This document shows positions 1-9,840 of a DNA stretch of 64,000 bases, one piece after another. Position 1 is the first letter of the stretch; each line of letters opens with the position of its first letter. The stretch covers positions 744,001 to 808,000 of the forward strand of contig LSRY02000010.1 of the NCBI GenBank assembly GCA_001643675.2, written 5' to 3'. Below the pieces are notes generated by a model. That model saw only the letters and a list, made by a program, of their open reading frames with translations, had not been told where the DNA came from and ran no database searches. The stretch is from Monocercomonoides exilis PA203 (lineage: Eukaryota; Protista; Preaxostyla). Position numbers and translations under genes: made by a program.

Positions 1-2466
1 GCTTCAGCCTCCACACCCGTCTCTTTGCCTTCTTCTTCTCCATTCTCGTCTTTCGCTCCAATCAAGTTCCCTTCAGCATCCATCACTCCTTCTTCTTTCA
101 TCTTCTTCTCTTTCTCTTCTTTCTCCTTCAGCCACTGCTCTCTTCTGGCTTCTCTTTCCTGCTTCCTCACTTCTTCGTCTTTTTTGTCCTTCTCCAGCTG
201 CTCCTGACACGCCTTCAGATATGCTTCAGTTATCCTCTTTCTTTGCTCTCTTCTTTCTTGCTCTGCTTTCAGCTCTCTCATAACATCTGTCAATACTTCA
301 GCAATCGCATTCATCTGCTCCTTCTCTGCTGCATCCACTGCTTTTTCAACTTTCTCCTTGATTCTTCCTTCCTCTTCCTTCAGAGCATTCATCAGCTCTT
401 CACTCACCACCTCTCTCTTTGTCAGCACCGTGACGAAAAAGCCACCGGTGTCTTGGAGATGTGGGTAGAAGCGCAGACAGCGAGACAGACTCATCCAGCT
501 GGGTTCATCGGCTGTTGGCGGATATACACTGCGCCTGATCTTCTTCTGGCGAGTATATGGAAGCTCTGAATATGAATTATAAATCTGTTTATTAAAAAAA
601 AATAAATAATAAATATAATAAATGGTTATAAAATATAATGAAGAGCATTGACACTCAAAATATTAATTGTTAATTGGAAAATTGCTCAAAAAAAAGAATT
701 TTAAATAAAAGGATAGCAAAGAATAAAACTATTATAACTTTTCCTAACATCACAAAGCACTCTAATTCTACTCTTGTTCATACCTTCCCCTGATCCTGCA
801 CAATCCATTTGTTTATTCCTTCTCTCCTCTTCAGCTGGGGCATCTCTTCTGACACATCCACAATCTCCACATTTGGCGATGTTCTCAGAAGCTCTGCAAT
901 CACAGCCTCATCCTCAATCGGATTCAGTGTGCATGTAGAATACACCATCCTCGGCTCAGAATGGCTGAAGAGATTAAGGAACACCTTCGATACTGAAACA
1001 TTGGATGACAAAGAATCAGCTTTTTCAGCTTTGCGCGACTTCACAATTTTCATCCAGAATTCATCTTTTTCCTTTTCAGCTGCATCTTCTTCATTCCCAG
1101 TTCTCATCAAAATGCTCTTGATTGGCATCCACCACCCGCCCATCTTCAGCAGGTTTATTCCTCTTTTCCCAATGCGGAACTGCAGCGGGTGCAGCGACAG
1201 GCCCAGTGTGGTTGTCCAGCTGAGCCACGCTTCAGGAGCCTTTCGCAGAGTCCCATCACCTGAGCACGGCACATCACACAGCACACGCTCGAAATAGAAC
1301 GGAGGTGGCAGCGACTGCAGACGCTGCTGGGTGCGGGTGAGAGAACAAGAGGAGGACGAGCAAGAAGAAGAAGATGATGATGATGATGATGGAGTTGCGT
1401 CTGAAAGGCTCAAAGAAGAAGCAGAATTATTTGAGCTTGAGGAGACGCGGATTGTTGGGAACATTGATGCATCATGATTGACAACGATGAAATTTGTAGT
1501 GCGCAGCCTGTGAAGCTGATGCACAAGAATGTTGCAACGTTTGAGATCAGCATCGTTTGCCACGACAACTCCACCGTCACCAAAAAGCTGTTCTGCAGTT
1601 GACAGCTCGCACTTCTGGCTATCATCTTGTTTTTTCTGTGCTTTTTCTGAAGAAATTTTTTCCTCATTATCATCATCACGACCAATGACTTTCTCCACAA
1701 TTTGCTTTGTCTTGGATCCAGGGGCTGCGCATAGATCTATTACAGTCATTCCTTTTTCAACTTTTAGAAGTAAAGGAGGAATCATTGACACAGCTTCCTG
1801 ACGACTTATATGACCCTAATAAAGTTTTTTTCGAGAAAGTGTGTATTTTGTATTATTATATCAACAATAAAGTCAAGATCAATAATTTCAAAGATTGTCA
1901 AACAAGCTCAGTTGCAACTTTCATCCAATTGAAAAATTCCTTAAGTTCAGGACTCTTTGCTAACATTGGACGTGTAATTTCTGTGCAACCCCAAGCCAGC
2001 CCATTTGGAAACCAAGGCAATGGACGAGGAAGAGATACTTCAAGTTCGCCAACCATAACAGGCTTATCAAAATGAAACCTTGTTTTCATTTCTTCTATAA
2101 TCTATATAAGAATAAACTGGTAATAAAAATAAAAAAATATATTGACCTGATTGGTGTGGGACCCTGATTCATTGAGTCGAAACGTCAAAGGAAGCGGAGA
2201 ACAAATAACTTTGCAATATTCATTCCAATCTTCTTCAGTGTGAAACAAAGGCTGAACGTATTCAAAGTGTGAAAAAATCATTCAAATTTTTAAAGTCACA
2301 CTCTATAATATTGAACATATGCATCAATTGTTTGCTGCTTGATAATTTTCCCATGCATATTTATTCCGTTTTTAAACACATTAAAGCCTCCTTCTGGAAC
2401 GGCAATAGGACCTCTCTGTTTTTTCTGGTGTAGTGCTTCGTTATTTGCTTTTGCTTCACTTGCCAT
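1..2466 (-). CDS. NSUN2: tRNA (cytosine-5)-methyltransferase NSUN2/Trm4, multi-exon, 3' end beyond the window edge
   Basis: Motifs GHISRQEAVSMIPP, VIDLCAAPGSKT, VANDAD, RVLCDVPCSGDGTLRK and MVYSTCTLNPIEDEAV in and just upstream of ORF 778-1791. RCLRFYPHLQDTGGFFV lies in the downstream exon (~565 to 1, open to the edge). Upstream exons include ~1904-2101 (PLPWFP...) and ~2147-2240 (PLPLTFR). Putative ATG at 2466. Confidence 0.92.
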
Positions 2467-2730
2467 AAGCTTTGGATCTTGAAAATTGCTTTTGAAACAA
2501 AAAATGGATATTTCACTTAAGATCTTTCAAAAATATTTTTTGATTTTATGAACATTGTGAATGTTTCAGATTGCTACAAAGTGTTTGGGAGTTATAAAAA
2601 AATAATGAGACATTTTGTCCATAATCTTTTCAAAAAATACCATAAATTTTTTCTTTTTCAAAAAGATAGGCTTCTGTGCTGTTTGAACAGCTGTTAACAA
2701 ATCTGTAATATGAACAATAATTCGACTAGG
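2467..2730. promoter_or_regulatory. Short divergent intergenic region, probable bidirectional promoter
   Basis: About 264 bp of AT-rich sequence between the NSUN2 ATG (2466, -) and the ATG at 2731 (+). No specific element identified. Confidence 0.4.
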
Positions 2731-3462
2731 ATGAGTTCAACTAATCAATCAAAAAAAATAAATCAGACTTATCTTTTAATCCTTGTTGTTCTTTTTGTTG
2801 TAATGTTTCTGTTTGTACCAATGAAATGGATTTTGATTTCATCTCTTGTTGGAATATGGTATCGAACATTTATTTTTAGCAATTAAATTTGTATTGTTTT
2901 GCAGCTTCTTTTTCTTACCTCAAAATGTTGCAACATTGATTCTATCTGGAACATATGTTTTATTTATTTTAATGGCCGCCATTGGGATTTTTAAGCCTCC
3001 ACCACCACCCCCAACTGTATGTGTTATATTTTTTATATTTTAAAAAGTTTGTAATAAAAATTCTCATTTTGAAAGATTGATGACTCAATCAAAGTTGAGC
3101 ACGCAATTATTACTGAAGTTGGAGCAGCCAGCTTATTGAAAGTTAAAGTTGATGAATGCGATCCAAATACAAAAATTCCAATATTTTTGAAGAAGAATGA
3201 TCCGAAAGTGAAAGACAGTATTCAAATGATGGAAGCAGGTCCTTGCGAATATCACTTGCTCGTTCCAGCAGGATTAGGGTTAGACGATTTTGAGATTGGC
3301 GATCACGCAACGTTTCAAAGAACGAGAAATCCAGTTACGACGATTTTTCAAACGGAAAATATTTACAAGCTTGTTTACAGAAATGAAGGCGATCTCAAGC
3401 AATTCATGATTGAAGGACCTGCACCAAAAGGGAAACAGTTTGCATTTGAATTTAAAAATTAA
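2731..3462 (+). CDS. Small multi-exon hypothetical membrane protein (hydrophobic N-terminal segments, poly-Pro linker, soluble C-terminal domain)
   Basis: ATG 2731 (MSSTNQSKKINQTYLLILVVLFV), short GT-AG introns, a hydrophobic exon ending ...IFKPPPPPPT, and a last exon overlapping ORF 3136-3462. Confidence 0.6.
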
Positions 3463-3731
3463 TTTTAAAGTTTTTGTTTGTTTAATTCGTGGAAATTTTT
3501 TAGGGATAAGAAAAAATAAGTCATTCGAAAATGATACTTTGCAGAAAAGAAAAACTTACAAAAGAATTGTGTAAACTCGAAAATTACAAAACCAATTGTT
3601 AAAACAACATTTTATATTTTATAAACATAACTCTTTTTCATTGTTTTTAAATTAGAAAATCTTTCAACAATTATATTCCAATAATTACATTATCTACAAT
3701 AAACTTTTTTATAATTCCATCTTTCTTTTCC

Positions 3732-3840
3732 AAAAAAAAATAAAATAAAAAAAAAAAAAAAATAAAATAAAATAAAATAAAATAAAATAAATAAAAATAA
3801 AAGAAATGAAAAGAAAAGAAATGAAATGAAAAGAAAAAAA
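3732..3840 (+). repeat. A-rich microsatellite: (TAAAA)n grading into (GAAAA/GAAAT)n
   Basis: Pentamer repeats visible directly in the sequence. Confidence 0.85.
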
Positions 3841-4321
3841 GATGAATTCAATTCTTTTTTATTTGTGCTTAGTTATCTTGAAGAAGGAAAATACATATTC
3901 AAGGTTTAACATTACAAACGAAGTGAAAGTTGTATTCAAATAAAAAAAATGTTGATTTTGAAATAAAACATTTTTCGAATAATTTTAAACACTTTTCATG
4001 TGAGCATATTATTTGAAATATCTTCTCCAATTTCTGCATCAAGTGAATTATCTGTGAAATAAGTATATTTGGCGAAAAATATGGACTTTAAAGCCTTTTT
4101 GCACAGGGCATAGAAAAATAACTTCGTTCATATCTTTATTTCGCTTTCTCAGATTTCAAAATAAATCGGATTAAATAATTTCTAAACAGGAATCATAGAA
4201 ATCAAAACATAAAGCATGGTGACATTTCACGAATGTCAAAAAATGGGCGCATTTTATTTGTGTTTTTTGATCTCAAAAAGTCAATGAAAAGTTCAAAAAT
4301 TTTCAGTGAAAATTCCTGAAG

Positions 4322-4789
4322 TGAAATATTTTTCCCCGTTTGAGAAATATTTTTTCAGAACTTCGATGAATAATAGAGATGTTGCATAAAATACTGGACA
4401 AGATCGATTTCACAATAACTGCAAGAGGAATAATTCTGTTAATTTTCCTCAAAATATATCTTATCAATGCGAACTCAGTTGATATACAGAACTTTCAAAA
4501 TAGCCTAATTTGTACTCAGAAAAAATTATTGATTTAAATCTCGGAAAAATTCAAAATCCAATTTTTCAGAAATTTTAATCATTTATTTTTTCTGAGAACA
4601 AATGAGGCTATTTTGAATGTTTTGTGTATCAACTGAGTTTGTATTGATGAGATATATTTTGAGGAAAATTGTCATAATTATATCTCTTGCAATTATTGTG
4701 AAATCGATCCCGTCCCGTGTTTTGTGCGATATCTGGTATTTTTTGCATTATCTGTCCATATCTCTCAATTTTTGGATGAGATGTTTCAT
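4322..4789. mobile_element. Long imperfect palindrome (foldback/MITE-like element), centre ~4555
   Basis: 4402-4550 (GATCGATTTCACAATAACTGCAAGAG...AAAAATT) is the reverse complement of 4561-4709 with scattered substitutions. Similarity fades outward to about 4322/4789. The palindrome is seen directly; the transposon label is inference. Confidence 0.6.
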
Positions 4790-5435
4790 ATCTATATTTT
4801 CGTGTGCTTATCTTCAGTGATAGATTATGAATTTTATAAAACAATGCTTCGTTCCTTCCTTAAGATTTCGTTGTTTAACCAATTGCATTAAGAAAAAGTT
4901 TCAAACACCAATCTCAATTCTTTTCCAGTACACTTCTATGAATGATTTCTAATCTCTTTTATTGAATTATATTAACTTTTCATATTCATGCTTCTCTCAA
5001 GTTTCCATAAATGAAATTTGAAAGATGAGAATACGGGTGATAATTTTTGAAATCATGCATTGTCATAATGTTCTCATTTATTTTTTTTTAAAACAGTAAT
5101 TAGTCAATAATCTGTTGAAATGTTTCTTTTGTTTTATATTCAGGTTCAAATTATAATAGAATGTTTTTATCAATTTTTAATTCAAACTCACCAAATTGCA
5201 TAAGCGTGCAAAAGAAATCTTGACAATGGAATTATTTCCATGATAATGAAATTTGATGAGTTGGAATGAAAGTTTGATGAAAACATTCAAAATTCATTTT
5301 TTCATGAAAATTTAACAAATGGAAATTTTCAAAAAATTTAAACACAAACAAAAAAATTTAATTGGTTATTGTTTTCAAAAAAGGAAAAAGCTTGACAATT
5401 TTTTCAATAGACTAGTTTTTCCTATTCTTCATCAT

Positions 5436-5576
5436 TAGATGAATTGTGAATAGATTTTTTTCATTTGAATAGATTCAACTTATTTGAATGAACTGGGTTT
5501 TTCTTAAATGAAGTCATGTTATTTTAAATGGTTGAAGTTACACTTGAATAAAGTGCGATACACTTAAATAAAGTTT
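5436..5576 (+). repeat. Left arm of an inverted repeat: 36-bp anchor followed by degenerate 19-20-bp tandem units
   Basis: 5436-5471 matches the reverse complement of 9517-9552 at 32/36. It is followed by units such as TTTGAATGAACTGGGTTTT, CTTAAATGAAGTCATGTTA and CTTGAATAAAGTGCGATA. Confidence 0.7.
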
Positions 5577-5898
5577 TTATGAAAAAGTGGTGAACACTTA
5601 TTATTATATTTTTGTGTTTTATCTTTCACTTTATCAACAAAAAAAATGAAAAAGTCAAATTAATTATGATTTTTCAATATTCTCAAAAAAAATTTAAGAT
5701 ATGTTAAAAAGAAGATTTTATTTGACAAAAAGAAAGAGAAATGAATGCAAATATCGTTTTGTTATCGTTATTCTATTCTATTTTCGACTTTTTAACTTTT
5801 TTTGATCACTGTATAATTAAATATAAAAAACAAAATTTTGTTTTTATTGAAGTTCGTGGAGTGATCTGCAGCCAACAAAGCATATAATTTCGAATCTC

Positions 5899-8800
5899 TC
5901 AGTCAAGTCGACAGGTTGAAGCTGCTTTCATCTTTGCAACTTTCTCCATTGACTGGGCATATTTCATTTTCATTGATAGATTTCTTTTATAAAACATCTC
6001 TTTATAAGTCTTCTCTTCCTTTTTGACTGCTCTCCTCCACTGCTCTTCTTGTAATATCTCCATCGTTACCATCTCAAATGCCTTAGGATCCTTTCTGATG
6101 TTATCATTCACAATCTCTTTCAGATCATCTGCTTCATTCTTTGCCTTTCTCCATCGAACAGCCAGAATAGCAACAATTACAAGCAGAAGCACATCAAATA
6201 CAACACGCACAATCTCAACAATTGGCCAAAATGATTTTTCTTTCTTTCCCTCCTTCAACAAGTTTTCCATCTCCATTTAGCTCAGATTTAGTTCTGTTCT
6301 TCAGGATGAATGACTCCGTTCATGAAAGAGAATCAATCTTTCCAAACAAGATCTTTACAGATACTTACGTTTCCTCAGATGCATTGTTACAATTGATGCT
6401 GGAATGGCTTCATGAATCTCTGTTTTTCCTGCAAACTCTCCTGCTTGTAGCAAATTCACCTGGAGATTGTGAACCTGGCAATCGAAGGAATCAACCTGAA
6501 GGAATAAGCCACAGGACAGGAGCAAGTATCCAGCAAGATCAATCGCAAGAGTGTAACTTTGCTGGTGAGACTTTACTGAATTCAGATACGGAATGAAGAA
6601 CGGAGAATCCCTTTCTGAAGCGACTATAGAAAAATTGCATTCCAAATTCAAAGCCCAAAGTGATGAGTTCTCTTTTAAGCCATCTCCGCCTTTCGGGCTT
6701 TGAATATTCAGAAGCGCATGACCAGAGCAGGCGATGTAGTTCCTCATGGATGAATAGCCTACTGCATTTGGGCTGTTGCTGGAAAACAGCACAAACTGAA
6801 TTTGTATGTTTCCTCCAGAGATCGACAGCCTTCACTTGGATGAATTGGAGATTGTGGTGTCTGATATTCTTCCTGTGCAATCCTGAAGATCAACCATTAA
6901 TCCACTCCACTGGCACAGCTCTTCTGATCGATCATCGCTCGCTCTCAACTCTGGTGCGCTTGCTGCTCCATCAAACACACACGATGATACGAAAGCATTC
7001 CCCAAATCTGACAAAGCTGGAATGCTCCCTTTTTCAGATAGCGAAGCACACATTTCGTTCAAGCAGTTTATTCCAGCAACAAAGACGAAGATGAAGAGGC
7101 CAAGCGTCATGCACCAAGTGAACCATGGGTAATGGTTTGATTATGATAACAGCTTCAGTTAGAATAACGAAGCATTTGATGCAACGCGCCCTGCACATCC
7201 TTCTTCAAGCATTGCGTTTGAAATAGCCAAGAGTGATCTCAATATCTGAATCTTGGCATTCCATAGAAAGCAAAGAACCAGACAGCACAGATATGGCATC
7301 GAATTCCGAATGATAGCGTTGGATGCTTGAATGATCTCCTGAACTTTATGAGGAAAACACAATCAAGCTTGATTTGCTCTTTGCATTTCGGATTTGAACC
7401 TTCTGCAGCTGGGAGTCTTTGCAGTTGTGAAGGAGAAAGGCGGATTGTTCAAGTGTGCAACTGGAAATAAGCACTTGGTGCGTTGAGATGTTTACCAGAT
7501 TGCGGAAGTCCAATAACACACCAGAATTCACATCAGAAATGTTCAAGTTCATATCTGATCAATGTTGTCCGCCTCTTGCTACCACGCATGAAGAACTGAG
7601 ACGAAGGCAAGTAAAAGTGCACCCGTTGATTGACAGCCTCCCATTCTCCACGAGAATGATGGAGCAGTTCAATTTCATTTCAGAGTTTCCAGTCGAATCT
7701 TCTTGAGTAAATGCTGCGTCTGAAATAGACAAGTTGCCATCAGTCAGCGATATTAAGCTCGTATGCGTAGAAGAAAATGCACTTCCAAACAGAATCTTCA
7801 GAAATTCCATTTTTTCTCTCGACGAGCACGAAATGAAACAACCCATCTTTCTTTCAATGCTGCTGTTCAGCAGAATAATCCCTCTTACGCCTTCCACATC
7901 CAGCGACTTAATCCAAACATCTCAAGCGCTTGCTTCCCCTGACACCACAGCGCTTTTGTCGATGAGCAAATTGCTGTAAACAAAAAGAATGATGTGGGGC
8001 AGAGCAACATTCAAGGAAATGCAAGGTTGACTTATTCCACCACACTGGCGTGAATCGGAGGAGTTGTCGGATGAAGAAGATGCAAATATAGTCTCGCTCC
8101 GATACACAACAACAAGTAGCAGCAGATCTTGTTCATCAGCATAGTCTTGTGCGGTGCATTCCCACATAGCAAACTCCCGAACAAACGGTGCTCTGAAATC
8201 GAGCTGGAACGGTTTGTTGCCAATTTGAATTTTTTCATTCGCGCATTTTTCATATAAGTCTCTTCCAACAAATGCTTTGTCCTCCATGAATGCGGTGTTT
8301 TTAAACAGGAAAGGAAGCAGGCCATCTCTTGTGATCAAAGAACAATCCAGGAACATCGCGCCTCCTCTGCCGGTCGCTGAGCAGAAACATCCAGAGATCG
8401 AACAAAAGTTGCAGTGGAACAACGAGCCTTCGCTCAATTTCATGGCAATGCATCCGCCATTCTCACTCAGGATGCTTCCGCTGCTCTTGATCGACGTGTT
8501 TTGGACAAGCACGCGGGAAGGCTCGCTTCCACAGCAGCTGATGATCGACGGCTGAGAAGGAGCACTTTGGCGAAGCGAAAAAAGCGCGTAACATTTCAAC
8601 TGAACTATTTCACTGTTAACTTCAATTAATCCTATCAACTCTCCTCTCCTCACAGCCTGTGAAAATATGACAACAATTCTTCTGATCATCAACTCCATAT
8701 TGCTCATGGAAACATTTGTCAAATCAATGCTGCTCTCATGTGATGCAGTTAGAACGTGGCCTCAACATTTGATGGATTGAAACTGTTAGAATAACATTTC

Positions 8801-8940
8801 GCATATTTTAAACAGGAAACCTCTAACGCAAAATGGAATGTCACTGGAGAAGCGCAGATAAATAGCAAGAGAAAAGCGGCTGAACTCTGTTCATTATTCA
8901 ATAAAATAATGATCACAAATAAGTTTGTTTTTGAATCCAT
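5899..8940 (-). pseudogene. Decayed copy of a large Cys/Ser-rich surface-protein family (beta-helix/pectin-lyase-like repeats, C-terminal TM helix)
   Basis: Collinear minus-strand fragments (8749-8961, 7922-8722, 7559-7897, 7346-7552, 6832-7110, 6539-6880, 6355-6792, 5899-6276) broken by stops and frameshifts. Motifs GGCIAM, GRGGAMFLDC, FVGRDLY and CGGISQPCISL. TM segment VVFDVLLLVIVAILAV followed by RWRKAK. Fold assignment is by resemblance only. Confidence 0.7.
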
Positions 8941-9420
8941 TTTTTTAGAAAAATCGATCACAATTATTTGTTAATGATTATTTCCGGTCTTTAAATGCTA
9001 TTGAGCAGATCTAAGTGTAAATATCAGTTGTTTGCATATATATTGATGCAATCCAACACATAATTCAGCATTATTTTAATTATCTTTATTTGCTCAATAG
9101 AAAAAAAACATATTTCTTGAAATAAAATACGAAATTCTTCTTTCATCAATTTTTAAAAATGTTAAAACGTGTAAATAACATAGTTTGAAGGTCCAACAAT
9201 CAAAGGATGCAATATTGATATGTTTTGAATCGTTTATTGACGCAAAAGAATTTTAACAGTTTTTCTGATTTTTTGATCCATTTGATCTTTGAAAGAATTT
9301 GACGAAAACAACAAAAATCATTCGCAAAACAACATTATTATGATTCAAATAATATATATATGTTTTTGCAATCAATTTAATAAACAATAAAAATACTTGT
9401 TTTTTTTCAAAATTTTCGTA

Positions 9421-9552
9421 ACTCAAATAAACTCAGTCTATCTTAAATGAACTCGGTTCATTCAAATGAACTCGATCTATTCGAATAAACATGAGTTCAT
9501 TTGAATAAACCTAGTTTATTTGAATCAAAAAAATCTATTCAAAATTCATCTA
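9421..9552 (-). repeat. Right arm of the inverted repeat: about 6 tandem self-palindromic 19-20-bp units plus anchor
   Basis: Units CTCAAATAAACTCAGTCTA, CTTAAATGAACTCGGTTCA, TTCAAATGAACTCGATCTA, TTCGAATAAACATGAGTTCA and TTTGAATAAACCTAGTTTA. Consensus TTyrAATrAACyyrGTTyA. Confidence 0.8.
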
Positions 9553-9840
9553 TTTTCCCCTTGATTTTTAAAAGCACACACCTTTGAAATTGTTTGGAAA
9601 TATTGAAAGAACAAGAATGAATGAAAAAATTTTGTTGAAATTATCTTCAAGAACAATTTTATGAATATTGTGTTTTTCATTTAACTCAAAAAAATTTGCA
9701 TCATTTTCATCATAATTTGATCAATAATTCCATACAAGAACAAGGCTTGAATTTGTGCTTGCTTTTATTCTTTTAATAGCCGTATTTATAAAGAAAAAAC
9801 ATCAAAAAGTCTTAAAACACTTTCATACAATATTTTAAAG

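Noticed and set aside
4220-4238. TGACATT-n5-AATGTCA dyad
   Set aside because: A single 7-bp inverted repeat is expected by chance in 64 kb of AT-rich DNA, and no second copy was noticed.
4617-4844. ORFs 4617-4820 (+) and 4629-4844 (-)
   Set aside because: They lie in one arm of the palindrome, have no recognisable motifs and have AT-rich non-coding composition.
7346-8722. In-frame TGA codons at 7922 and 7559 as Sec/Trp recoding or readthrough
   Set aside because: The same gene also has TAA stops and several frameshifts, and TGA terminates intact genes (e.g. TBC at 13679). Ordinary pseudogene decay is simpler.
9421-9552. CRISPR-like array
   Set aside because: The units are directly adjacent with no unique spacers, they are degenerate, there are no cas genes, and the context is eukaryotic.
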